A DNA stretch of 63,864 nt, the filler included, from Deltaproteobacteria bacterium (lineage in GTDB: Bacteria; Myxococcota; JACRCW01), in NCBI GenBank assembly GCA_016218805.1. It is 4 parts of 4 records of this genome, joined end to end, with 100 filler letters (N's around TTAATTAATTAA, not from the genome) between each part and the next. Parts side by side here need not be neighbours in the genome. Positions count along the whole stretch, not along the records: positions 29,908 to 61,235 come from JACRCW010000053.1; 3 more parts are not named here. One strand, given 5' to 3'. Shown here piece after piece: positions 48,071-57,560 of this stretch (positions are counted from its first letter, which is position 1; the number at the start of each line of letters is the position of its first letter). Made by a program: the position numbers and the translations under genes. Below the pieces are notes generated by a model that saw only the letters and a program-made list of their open reading frames with translations, did not search any database and had not been told where the DNA came from.

Positions 48071-48212
48071 ACGTGGACCAGTCACGCGGTACGCGCCACC
48101 CGAAAGATTGAATCCCGGCGAAGGGAGGCGTGCCAGGCGGATGCGATCCTGGCCGCGCCGGGTCTGGACCGCTGCCGGCAACAGGATGCATGCCACGCGT
48201 GCGCACTGACCC

Positions 48213-48248
48213 GGGCGGGGGACAAGCCCGGACAAGCCCCCGCCCTAC
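48213..48248 (-). repeat. GTAG-type REP-like palindrome (with internal duplication)
   Basis: Reverse complement reads GTAGGGCGGGGGCTTGTCC(GGGCTTGTCC)CCCGCCC; a second copy lies at 57507-57532. Confidence 0.75.
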
Positions 48249-48296
48249 GACGTGGCTCAGGATCGGAATCCGCCTCGGGCCGCCCAACGCGTGCTT

Positions 48297-49163
48297 TCAG
48301 TCCTTGCGGCAGTACAGCAGTGCCACGTTGCGCGGCCGAGTCTCCGCGCCGCCGGTGACGCCGGTGCGGGTGGTCTCGTTGTGGTGCTCGCCGGAATACG
48401 TGGTGGCGCTGTCCACGCCGTCCACTGCGTTGTCCGGCTTCATCCACACGTACGCGTGATCATGGCTGCCCACCAGGTCCGCCTGGACGCTGCCCACCGC
48501 GCGCGCGCCGTCGGGATCCTGGGCCAGCCCGCTATGATCCACGCCGCGCACGAACCTCCCGTATGCCGGCGCGTACTCGGTCCACCCCGGCGGGCACGCT
48601 GCCAGGTCAAACGGCACCACCGCACCGCTGGGAATGGTGACCTGCACGCCGGCGCGGTTGGTGACCCGCCCGTCCACCACAAAGTCCTGTCCCGGTACCG
48701 CCTGGCGCGCGCTGAGCGCGTACGGACTGGCACCCAGCTGCTGGCGGCCGGACAACATGGTGAAGCCCGCCGTGTCCGACGCGGTGCAGGCCGCGCCGCT
48801 GCCGGCCGCACTCACGCCGATCTCCAGGTGCAGGTCCGTTGCCGTCTCCACCGACGAGGACAGACCGGTCACAGCGCCCAGGCGCACGGAGAAGGCGCCG
48901 CCCACCACGGGCACGGATGCCTGGGACTCCGCCCAGAGCACCGTCACGTCCGACGGGTCACTGCTGGCATACAGACGGAAACACAGGTCCACCGTTCCCT
49001 GCAGCGGTGTGCCATCCCGCTCCAGCCAGCCCAGGTACGGAATGGTCCCCCAGCTGTGCTGGTTGTCAAACGCGCCGCGGGCCAGCCGCGCCCCCGCCAC
49101 CAGGACGAGCGCGCACGCCAGACCACCGACGACGCGCGAGGTGGTCACACGGATTCCGGTCAT
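48297..49163 (-). CDS. Secreted protein with phage tail-collar/tail-fibre-like C-terminal domain
   Basis: Signal peptide; IPYLGWL...LWAE...GAFSVRLG; PSGAVVPF...CPPGW...GRFVRG...ETRPRNVALLYC. Confidence 0.75.
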   Translation of the reverse strand: MTGIRVTTSRVVGGLACALVLVAGARLARGAFDNQHSWGTIPYLGWLERDGTPLQGTVDLCFRLYASSDPSDVTVLWAESQASVPVVGGAFSVRLGAVTGLSSSVETATDLHLEIGVSAAGSGAACTASDTAGFTMLSGRQQLGASPYALSARQAVPGQDFVVDGRVTNRAGVQVTIPSGAVVPFDLAACPPGWTEYAPAYGRFVRGVDHSGLAQDPDGARAVGSVQADLVGSHDHAYVWMKPDNAVDGVDSATTYSGEHHNETTRTGVTGGAETRPRNVALLYCRKD

Positions 49164-49368
49164 TTCGTCTTCCTTTCGCATGGTGCAGCAGTGAACGTGG
49201 GTGCCGCGCAGTCACACGGCAGCCACGGATGCTGCCCGGCACGCGGCCCACCCGCAAGCTCCGGATGCACCACGACGCAACCGAACCCATCGCGCGCGGA
49301 GCTTCCGACGACGCGGCGGCGTGGAGGCGCCCCGCCTTGATCTCAATGGCGCCGAGGTGGGACGCCCA

Positions 49369-51009
49369 TCAGGGCTGCGCGGCCAGCGGGGCCTCCGTCT
49401 CCTCCGGGCAGCGCAGGGTCTTGACGTACTCAATGAGCGCGCGCCGGTCCTCCTCACCCAGCGTGGTCCCAAACGCCGCACCCGAATGCCCCAGCGCATG
49501 GCCCGCGGGCACCACGCGCCGTTCCAGCCGCGGTGGTGGTGCCGGGGCGGTGCCCAGCGGCGGAGGTGGTGGCGGCGGCGGCAGCGCACCGGTGAAGAAG
49601 CCCACGCGTTCCTTGTCCACCACGTCACCCAACCAGAACGCGGGGGCGCGCGCGTGTTCCGGGCGCAGCAGTTGGTCCAGGTTGGCCACGGCGCCGGTGT
49701 GCAGGTACGGGTAGTTCATGAACGTGGAGCACAGCGGGCTGGCCGCGTAGCCGGGCCCGTAGTCTGCGGCCAGGCCGGACAACCGCGGCACCCACGCCCA
49801 GCCGTACGGCGTGAAGCGTTCCAGCAGGGCGTCACTCGCGGCCAGCGCCCGTTCAGGATCCGTGCGCACCACCGCCAGCGGCGTCACCGCTGACCGGAAT
49901 GCACGCAACATCCCCGCCGCGTCATGCGTGCCGTGGCAGGAAGCACAGGACTGCGCCGCGTGAAACACGCCATACCCACGCGCGGCCTGCGCGCGGTCCA
50001 CCGGCGTGCCCATCACGCTCACCCATGACGGCGACGGCGTGCCGAACACCACAAACGCATCCATCGCCTGGATGGCCCGCGACTCCACCAGCTGCTTCCA
50101 CCGGTCGTACTGGTCAAACCCAAAGAAATCGAACATGGGCCAATGCGCCACCCATAGCGAGTTGACGCTGCCGTCCCAGAACAGCGTGTTGCGGAACCGG
50201 AGCGTGTTGAGCGGCGGAGGCTTGGTGGCGCCGCAGGCAAACTCCGCGGCCATGGAGCGCTCCGTGAGTTGGGCCGGGTCCCACAGCATCTTGCTGGAAA
50301 TCTGCCAAATGCGCGCCGCGGTGATCATCCCCGGTCCAAGCCCGCGGCAGCCGCGCGAATACAGCGCGTCGTACCGTTCCAGTTTGGTCATTTGCCGGCG
50401 CGTGCGCGCCAGCAGGTCGCGCCCCGCCTCGTCGGGTCGCGCCTCCAGCAGCGGGATGACCGCGCGCATCATCGCGCGCGCGCCGTCAATGATCGCGCGC
50501 TGGTTGTAGAACTTGTTGCCCACGCCGGCCCACAGCCGGCCCTGCACAACGCCGGAATGACACGCGCTGCAGTTCTGGGTGACCAGCGGTTCGGGAGAAC
50601 GGATGCGGACAATCCCGCGGGGCAGCGCCTCGCCGGGGACCATGTGCAGGCCGGTGCGCGCCAACTCGTCAATCAAACCAAACAGCGCCGCGCGCCCGCC
50701 TGGCGCCGGCGGCGGATCCGCGAACAGGTCAAACACCTCCGTGGGAACCCCAAACGGCTCGCCCTCCAATGGCGCGCCGAAGTACCAGATGCGCTCACCC
50801 TCGCGCAGCAACGTGGTCAACGTGGCCTCACCACGCGCAATCATCGGAAGGTCTCCCGGGCGCGGCACCGGGAAACGCAAGCGAGGGTCCTGCAGCAGCG
50901 CGACGTTGCCCGGGCCGGTCACCACGCGCCAGGGCGCCCCCGCCAGCGCCGCACCGCCCAGCACCACCACCGCTGCCAGGCACCCCAATCCCACGGCCAG
51001 CCGCCGCAT
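49369..51009 (-). CDS. Di-heme c-type cytochrome (RoxA/MauG-like superfamily)
   Basis: Two CxxCH motifs (CSACH, CASCH), FWDGS, TDPER, PYLHTGAV, GH..FG and ALIEYVKTL. Confidence 0.8.
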   Translation of the reverse strand: MRRLAVGLGCLAAVVVLGGAALAGAPWRVVTGPGNVALLQDPRLRFPVPRPGDLPMIARGEATLTTLLREGERIWYFGAPLEGEPFGVPTEVFDLFADPPPAPGGRAALFGLIDELARTGLHMVPGEALPRGIVRIRSPEPLVTQNCSACHSGVVQGRLWAGVGNKFYNQRAIIDGARAMMRAVIPLLEARPDEAGRDLLARTRRQMTKLERYDALYSRGCRGLGPGMITAARIWQISSKMLWDPAQLTERSMAAEFACGATKPPPLNTLRFRNTLFWDGSVNSLWVAHWPMFDFFGFDQYDRWKQLVESRAIQAMDAFVVFGTPSPSWVSVMGTPVDRAQAARGYGVFHAAQSCASCHGTHDAAGMLRAFRSAVTPLAVVRTDPERALAASDALLERFTPYGWAWVPRLSGLAADYGPGYAASPLCSTFMNYPYLHTGAVANLDQLLRPEHARAPAFWLGDVVDKERVGFFTGALPPPPPPPPLGTAPAPPPRLERRVVPAGHALGHSGAAFGTTLGEEDRRALIEYVKTLRCPEETEAPLAAQP

Positions 51010-51269
51010 GCTCAGCAACCTCCCCACGCTGGCGGAGCGTGAATCCGGATAATTCGCTTTGCAGTGAAATAGTGATCGGGTGCGCCGCGGACCACGCCGC
51101 GCAGCATGCGGGAATCGCGGCGTTTTCCGGACGCACGCTGATCTGCGCGTCCGGACGCGGAGAAACTCGCCGGGAGGCACTCCTGCGCGGGGTGGATTTG
51201 CTCCTGGGCAACCGGTTGACCGGAAGTTGTGGCGCGGAGCAACGGAGGCCCGCTCCACAGCACGTGGCG

Positions 51270-51365
51270 GGCTTGCCGCAGGCAAGCCCATCTACGCCGC
51301 CCCCTCTGGGGGGCGGCCCTCGACGACGGAGCGCCAGCGACGTCGGCGAGGGGGGTGGGGGGTGC
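51270..51365. repeat. ~95-bp triple-hairpin intergenic element, copy 1
   Basis: Near-identical to 59676-59770. Confidence 0.92.
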
Positions 51366-51489
51366 GCTACCACCGTCCTCCCCGGGTGGGACCAAACCCG
51401 TTGGCGGGCCTGGGTCCGCCTCGCTCCTGCGTGCCCGCGCGGCGGCGCCGTGGTAGTCCCGGCGCGCCCATCCACGGGAGTGACCGTCC

Positions 51490-51963
51490 ATGAAACCCAT
51501 TCTTCTCGGCGTGCCACCGCACCGGTCAGACCCCACGGACGGACTGCACGTGTGGCTCATGGACCCGCCCGGCGTCCTGGACTGCGCTTCGGCGGCACAC
51601 ATGTCCGGTGGCATGGTCCAATGGCTGACCGGCCCTGCCACGGAAGACCTCCCGCACATCTTTGGGAAGAGCACGCAGCTGGCCTTTGTGCACGACTGGC
51701 GCCGGGTCCGCAGCTATGACCTGTCTGCGCGCGCCCGCCTGGTGGCGTGGGGGCTGCAGATGGGGCCCCGCGTGGTGAAGTCCATTCTCATCCTGCTGTC
51801 CCCGGAGAGCCCCGCCATGGTGCGCATGGCGTGCCACGCGGGCGTGGTGCCGTTTGCCATGGCCGGCATCAAGGTGTCCGTGGACGAATCCGGTGATTAC
51901 GCGCTGGCCACCCTGGGCGCCCGCCCGCATCCGCCCCCCACGACGCCACCCACGGGTGCGTGA
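51490..51963 (+). CDS. Hypothetical protein (STAS/SEC14-like alpha/beta fold possible)
   Basis: FVHDWR..RSYD.SARARLVAW pattern; GGGAG RBS. Confidence 0.6.
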   Translation: MKPILLGVPPHRSDPTDGLHVWLMDPPGVLDCASAAHMSGGMVQWLTGPATEDLPHIFGKSTQLAFVHDWRRVRSYDLSARARLVAWGLQMGPRVVKSILILLSPESPAMVRMACHAGVVPFAMAGIKVSVDESGDYALATLGARPHPPPTTPPTGA

Positions 51964-52030
51964 CCGTCCGCCCCCCGGATTCAAATCGCGTGAATTGCGG
52001 GTCCACCGTCACGTGCGCGCGGTCCGGACC

Positions 52031-52501
52031 TCACGGAACCTGCTGGATTCCCAGCCCGTGCTGGGCAAAGTGCCACATGCGTTCCACCACCACGGCCCGC
52101 GCCTTCTTCCCGTTGCGGCCGGCCCGGAACGCCACCTCTTCCGCGCGGTCCGCGCACGCAAGGTCCCGGCAGAGCCACACGCCAATGCGGCGACGCGAGG
52201 TGCGCTCGCACATCAGCAGTCCAATCTCGCGCACCGAACCAAATGCGTGGCACCAGTCACACAGCCGCGACCCCGTGGCGCCGGCCGCGCTCTCCCGCTG
52301 GAACGAGATTCCCAGCGGCTGCCTGGACACCGGGTCCTGAAACACCACGCAAACGTGATCACCCACGGGGTCCGCCCAGGACACGCAGTCCCGGACCAGC
52401 AGCGGCCAGGCCACGCGCGCCGGCGGAGCCCACGCGCGCAGGTCCCGGGGACGGAACGCGGCCCGCAACGCGGCTTCATCATCAATGCGGAACAGGGTCA
52501 C
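52031..52501 (-). CDS. FBP (EF-G-binding) C-terminal treble-clef zinc-finger domain protein
   Basis: LCDWCH ... IGVWLCRDLAC. Confidence 0.72.
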   Translation of the reverse strand: MTLFRIDDEAALRAAFRPRDLRAWAPPARVAWPLLVRDCVSWADPVGDHVCVVFQDPVSRQPLGISFQRESAAGATGSRLCDWCHAFGSVREIGLLMCERTSRRRIGVWLCRDLACADRAEEVAFRAGRNGKKARAVVVERMWHFAQHGLGIQQVP

Positions 52502-52630
52502 ACCGGGTGAGCTACGGGCCGGAAACACCGACGTCAACCCCGCGGGCCAGCGCGCCCTGCGCAGCGGGTCGCCTGTGTCCGGGGGGGAATGGTATCTGTT
52601 GCACAATCCATGGGCATGGGAGGTGGGGAC

Positions 52631-53449
52631 ATGTCTGGCCTGCTGCTGTTGCTGCTGGTGACCGGAGGCGTGCAGGACAGTGACGTGTTCACGCCTCCGG
52701 CCGCAGCGGATGACGCGGACGAGTTTGACGAGGATGAGGACGGTCCGGAGTCGGACGAGAGCGACGAGGACGATCGCCCCCGGAGACGCAAGCGCCCCCG
52801 GCCGCTGCGTTCGGAGCCGGCGGAGGAGTGGGTGGTGCTGCTGGGCTCCGCGCTGGCGGCGCCGGTCCTGTACGGGGTGGCCGTGGTGATTCTGTCCATG
52901 GTGGCGGGCTCAGCGTTGTATTGCCCGCCGCTGACGGCGCTGCTGGCAGCGGCGGTGCTGGGTGGCGGTGGCTGGGTGCTTTCCCAGGCGATGTTCAAGC
53001 GGCGCGTACCTATTGCAAAAGTGGGCCTGGGGGCGCTGGCGGGCGTCCTCCTGGCGCAGGCGCCGTTCCTATTGCTGCAATTACTGGTGGCCGCCGTGGT
53101 GGTGGTGGTGGACCTGGCGCTGATAGCACTGGGCGCGGCGGCGGTGGTGGAGACGGCCGCGCAGGACCCCAACGGGGCGTTCTGGACCGGGTGCTACGCG
53201 GCGTTCTGCCTGGCGTATCTGGGTTTCTGGCCGTGCTGGGCGGGGCTCGTCGTCGGCAACTTCCTGGGGATTCTGGCCCAGGGCGCCGGGTGCCTGGGTG
53301 CCACCTTGGGCCTGCCGCTGGCCAACGCGCTGCTGGGGCGTGACATGGTGGAGGGTGACCCCACGTGGGAGCCCGACATCTGGGACGTGCCCGAACCGGA
53401 AGCCGACCTTGAAGATCCGCCGCCGCGCAAACGCCCGCGGCCGGGCTGA
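52631..53449 (+). CDS. Hypothetical multi-pass membrane protein
   Basis: GGAGG RBS; acidic N-terminal region followed by several hydrophobic helices. Confidence 0.65.
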   Translation: MSGLLLLLLVTGGVQDSDVFTPPAAADDADEFDEDEDGPESDESDEDDRPRRRKRPRPLRSEPAEEWVVLLGSALAAPVLYGVAVVILSMVAGSALYCPPLTALLAAAVLGGGGWVLSQAMFKRRVPIAKVGLGALAGVLLAQAPFLLLQLLVAAVVVVVDLALIALGAAAVVETAAQDPNGAFWTGCYAAFCLAYLGFWPCWAGLVVGNFLGILAQGAGCLGATLGLPLANALLGRDMVEGDPTWEPDIWDVPEPEADLEDPPPRKRPRPG

Positions 53450-53490
53450 CGAGGCTTGCGGGTGCCGGCCGCGTGATACGCTGACGGCAC

Positions 53491-54903
53491 ATGACCGAGG
53501 CCGGGCACACCCCACGCGCGCTTCCGGCACCCCGGCCTGGCCACCGCCTGCAGCGTCTGGAGGAACTGACGGACCGGTTTGTTCCGCCCGAAATCCTGCG
53601 GCGATCCCCGGAGGACGCGCGGCGGGCCCGGTTCGCCGTGGCGTTCGCGTTCCTGGCGGGGGGTTTCTTCGTCGTGGCGCTGGTGGTGCAGGCGCCGCTC
53701 AACAGCCCGTTGGTCGCCGCCCTCAATGCGCTCTCGGCGGTGCTGTGCTTCGGCGCGCCGTTGGCGGTGCGCCGGTTTGGCCGGGCGGACCTGGTCTGTC
53801 ACGGCGTGCTGGCGCTGGGATTCTGCAAATACATGTCCGTTGCCATCCTGCTGCGCGGCCCCGGCTTCACCGGTGCCAGCGTCATGATGGCGCAACTCCC
53901 GTTGTTCGCCACCTTCCTCACTGGCGTGCGCGCCGGTGCGGTGTGGGCCGTGCTGGTCACGCTTGGGGGCGCGGGCATTGGCGTGCTGGGCTACGCAGGA
54001 CTCATTGTGGACCATTTGCCGGCGCCCCGCCTGCTCAATGACCATTTTGTGCTGACCGCCTCCACGTGGGTGCTGTATTGCATTGCGGCGCTTTTTGAGC
54101 ACCACAAGGACGCGGCGCAGGTGCACGCCCGCGAGGAGGAAGCGCAGCGCCGCGCCGCCGAACTCGCACGGATGGAGGCAATCTCCCGGGCCCAACTGCT
54201 GGAAGCCCGGCGGTTCTCCGTCCTGGGCCGGATTGCCGCCGCCACGGCGCATGAGATCAACAACCCGCTCACCGTTGTCATGAGCAACCTGCCGCTGGTG
54301 GCCCGGCTGCCCGCGTTGGCGGCGGGCGGTGACGGCCTGGATGCCATCCGTGATGCGCTGGACGGCGCCCAGCGCATTGCACGGATTGTGGAAGACATGC
54401 GGCTGTGCACGGAACTGGATGACACCCCGCTTGACGCTGTGTCCGTGACGGAGGCCGTGAGATTGGCGCTGGAACTGGCACAGCCGCAGCTCGGCGCGCA
54501 CACCCCGGTGCGCACCCACCTCCCCGGCGATCTCCCGCCCGTGCGGGCGGATGTCCCGCGGCTGGCGCGCGCGCTGTGCAACCTGGTGGTCAACGCGGCG
54601 CAGGCCGCGCACGGCGGAGAAACGCGCGACCCCGAAATCAGCATTGAGGCCCGCCTGGAGAACGCTCACGTGCTCATTGAGGTGCGTGACCGCGGCCGGG
54701 GCATTCCCGCTGAATTGCTGGACCGGGTCCGTGAGCCGTTCTTCACCACCCGTCCGGTGGGCCAGGGTACGGGGCTGGGACTGGCCATCTGCGAGGGCAT
54801 TGTCCAGAGTTTTGGCGGCACGCTGACGCTGGAGAGCCGGCCGGGCCTCACCGTGGCGCGGGTCACGCTGCCTGCCTGCACCAACGCACCGCGGGGGGCC
54901 TGA
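53491..54903 (+). CDS. Membrane sensor histidine kinase (orphan in this window)
   Basis: H-box AHEINNPL, N-box NLVVNAAQA, DRGRGI and EPFFTT..GTGLGL. Confidence 0.92.
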   Translation: MTEAGHTPRALPAPRPGHRLQRLEELTDRFVPPEILRRSPEDARRARFAVAFAFLAGGFFVVALVVQAPLNSPLVAALNALSAVLCFGAPLAVRRFGRADLVCHGVLALGFCKYMSVAILLRGPGFTGASVMMAQLPLFATFLTGVRAGAVWAVLVTLGGAGIGVLGYAGLIVDHLPAPRLLNDHFVLTASTWVLYCIAALFEHHKDAAQVHAREEEAQRRAAELARMEAISRAQLLEARRFSVLGRIAAATAHEINNPLTVVMSNLPLVARLPALAAGGDGLDAIRDALDGAQRIARIVEDMRLCTELDDTPLDAVSVTEAVRLALELAQPQLGAHTPVRTHLPGDLPPVRADVPRLARALCNLVVNAAQAAHGGETRDPEISIEARLENAHVLIEVRDRGRGIPAELLDRVREPFFTTRPVGQGTGLGLAICEGIVQSFGGTLTLESRPGLTVARVTLPACTNAPRGA

Positions 54904-54988
54904 CCGGCGTCGGGGTCCGTCTCCCGGACCGCGTCCGCGGTTGCGCGCGATGGGTCGCACCGTCATGACCCACCCCACGGAGGCTGCC

Positions 54989-55402
54989 ATGACACAGACC
55001 ACTCTGATTCCATATCTGAACTTCAACGGTGAGACGCAGCAGGCCATGAAGTTCTACCAGCAGGTACTGGGCGGCGAGTTGACGCTGCAGCGGTTCAAGG
55101 ACGCGCCGGGCATGCCGGTGCCGCCCGGCTACGAGGAGAAGATCCTGCACGCGCGCCTGGAAGCGGAGGGCCTGGTCATCATGGCCTCAGAGGGCAAGCC
55201 GGGCGTCCAGGTGAAGGCCGGGGACAACGTGCACCTCAGCCTCAACGGGACTGACGCGGACAAGCTGACCAAGGTCTTCAACGGCCTTTCCGCGGGCGGC
55301 CACGTGGACATGCCGCTGGCCCGGCAGTTCTGGGGTGACACGTTCGGCGCGCTTACCGACAAGTTTGGCATTCATTGGATGGTCAACGTCACCAAGCCCT
55401 GA
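54989..55402 (+). CDS. VOC family (PhnB-like) protein
   Basis: PYLNFNG, ILHA and FWGDTFG.LTDKFGIHW. Confidence 0.9.
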   Translation: MTQTTLIPYLNFNGETQQAMKFYQQVLGGELTLQRFKDAPGMPVPPGYEEKILHARLEAEGLVIMASEGKPGVQVKAGDNVHLSLNGTDADKLTKVFNGLSAGGHVDMPLARQFWGDTFGALTDKFGIHWMVNVTKP

Positions 55403-55445
55403 TGCGGGTGTTGCGCCGGCGGGGACACATCGGTACCCCAGGGCC

Positions 55446-56369
55446 ATGAACACCTCACCCATTGTGCCGTGCCTCTGGTTTGATGACGCTGCGGAGCGCG
55501 CGGCGGCGTTCTACACGCGGACCTTCCCCAATGGGCGCGTGACCGCGGTGTCGCATTACCCGGAATCGTCTGACAATCCGGGTGGCATGCCGCGCGGCAG
55601 CGTCCTGACGGTGGAGTTTGAGGTGGCCGGCCAGCGGTTCACCGCACTGAACGGCGGCCCGCGTTTCACCCTCAACCCCAGCATCTCCTTCTTTGTCCAC
55701 GTGGACACGGCGCCGGAGGCGGAGCGGTTGTTTGGTACGCTGGCAGACGGTGGGGACGTGCTGATGCCGCTGACCGAATACCCGTGGAGCCCCCGCTACG
55801 GCTGGACCCGGGATCGCTTCGGCGTGTCCTGGCAGGTCATCACCGCCAGACGCGGCCCGCGCGGAGCCACCCTGGTCCCGTGCCTGATGTTTTCCGGCGC
55901 GCAGCAGGGCAAGGCGGAGACGGCCATCCGCGCATACACCCGCATCTTCACGGACGGACACGTGGACAGCCTGGAGCGGTACGCGCCCAATGAGGGACCG
56001 GCGGGTTCCATCAAGCACGGACGCTTTGTCCTGGCGGGCCAGGAGATGATCGCCATGGACAGCCACGTTGAGCACGGGACGGCGTTCAATGAAGGCATCT
56101 CGCTGCAGGTGATGTGCCGCGACCAGGACGAGGTGGACCGCTACTGGGCCGCGCTCTCCCGTGGCGGCGCGGAGGGCCCGTGCGGCTGGCTGACGGACGC
56201 CTTTGGCGTCTCCTGGCAGGTTGTCCCCATCCGCGTCTATGAGTGGTTGACCACCCGGGATGTGGCCGCGCGGGACCGCGCTTTTGAGGCCATGCTGGGC
56301 ATGAAGCGGCTCGATATCGCGGTGCTGCAGGCGGCGTTTGACGGTGCGGGCGCCGGCGCGGAGCGGTAA
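55446..56369 (+). CDS. Tandem VOC (3-demethylubiquinone-9 3-methyltransferase-like) protein
   Basis: PCLWFD, FTALNGGP, DRFGVSWQ and CGWLTDAFGVSWQ. Confidence 0.9.
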   Translation: MNTSPIVPCLWFDDAAERAAAFYTRTFPNGRVTAVSHYPESSDNPGGMPRGSVLTVEFEVAGQRFTALNGGPRFTLNPSISFFVHVDTAPEAERLFGTLADGGDVLMPLTEYPWSPRYGWTRDRFGVSWQVITARRGPRGATLVPCLMFSGAQQGKAETAIRAYTRIFTDGHVDSLERYAPNEGPAGSIKHGRFVLAGQEMIAMDSHVEHGTAFNEGISLQVMCRDQDEVDRYWAALSRGGAEGPCGWLTDAFGVSWQVVPIRVYEWLTTRDVAARDRAFEAMLGMKRLDIAVLQAAFDGAGAGAER

Positions 56370-56632
56370 GAGGCTGGAAACGAGTGGATTGGACAGCCAT
56401 CCGGAGTGCACGTTTGGGTCGTCGCGGCGGGGCCTGCACCCGCCGCAGCGGGCCGTCGACAGACTCGTCCGGCCGCACAGGATGAGCAGGAACGCATACC
56501 TCGCAGTGAGGCCGTTCCGCCTTCCGGCACGGAACAATCCTCCGGGGGAATGGGCATTGACAGCGTGGCGCGCGCGCTGGAATCGTTGCTGGCGGCGGGG
56601 TGTTCCCGCCCAAGCGAGGGGAGCACCCATCC

Positions 56633-57427
56633 ATGCGGACCGCGCGTCAACTCACGTTGCTGTTTCTCCCACTGCTGTGCGGTGTGGGGTGTTTCCAGTG
56701 TTCCTTTTCCGTGGGTTCCATGGACGGGCTGGTGGCGCCGTGGGAATTCCGGACCCAGTATGCGTTCTGGAATGAGCACTATTATGAGTCCGCGTCGAGC
56801 ATGAACTACACGGAACGGTCCGCCCGGCGCCTCTTGGACACCCGGGACACGGAAAACGGCGTGGGGCTGTTCATCCTCCTGTTCGGGTTCACGTTTGACT
56901 ACCAGCGTGATTTCGACACGTTCACCAGCGAGGAAGTCAACCACTTTGAGCGTGGCATGCGCACGCAGCCGCTGATGTGGGCGTTTGTGACCCACGCCGA
57001 GGACCTGGGCCCCGGTGACGAGGTGGAGTTTGACTCCGAATCGACAGCGACCCCGGACGTCAGCAAGCCCCGCGTGTCGTTCTACTTTTCACCGGGAGCG
57101 GGCCTGACGCACCCCTGGAGCAACTACCCGGAGGAACTGGGCGTCTGGGGATCGCACGTCAAGGGAACGCTGAAGATCCACGTGGCACCGCAGCCGCCAC
57201 TGCCGGGCCCCGTCACCGGGAGCATTGTGTACGAAATCTCCCGCGCGGACGGCGAGCCGAGCGACGTGCTGGAGGGCGACTTCACCACGCTGTTCACGGC
57301 GGACGTCATCAAGGAGCGCATGGGTCTTTGCAACTACTACGCGTACTACCTGTCGCAGTATTCCTACTACTACGGGTTCCAGATTCCGGACGGGTGCGCA
57401 TCGTTTGCTTCGCGCAACAACCCGTGA
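56633..57427 (+). CDS. Hypothetical (lipo)protein
   Basis: Signal-like N terminus LLCGVGC; coding-like codon usage. Confidence 0.65.
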   Translation: MRTARQLTLLFLPLLCGVGCFQCSFSVGSMDGLVAPWEFRTQYAFWNEHYYESASSMNYTERSARRLLDTRDTENGVGLFILLFGFTFDYQRDFDTFTSEEVNHFERGMRTQPLMWAFVTHAEDLGPGDEVEFDSESTATPDVSKPRVSFYFSPGAGLTHPWSNYPEELGVWGSHVKGTLKIHVAPQPPLPGPVTGSIVYEISRADGEPSDVLEGDFTTLFTADVIKERMGLCNYYAYYLSQYSYYYGFQIPDGCASFASRNNP

Positions 57428-57506
57428 GCTTTCAGCCGAATCGCGCGGGGTGGGTCGGAGCCCAACCTTGGCCTCCGTGCGGACGCACGGCGGATTTGAC
57501 TTGATT

Positions 57507-57532
57507 GGGCGGGGGACAAGCCCCCGCCCTAC
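57507..57532 (-). repeat. GTAG-type REP-like palindrome
   Basis: Reverse complement reads GTAGGGCGGGGGCTTGTCCCCCGCCC; lies between convergent genes. Confidence 0.75.
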
Positions 57533-57560
57533 GACGCCAGCGCCAGCACCACGCCGTTCT

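Noticed and set aside
53194..55047. 617-aa minus-strand ORF
   Set aside because: Antisense shadow of the histidine kinase.
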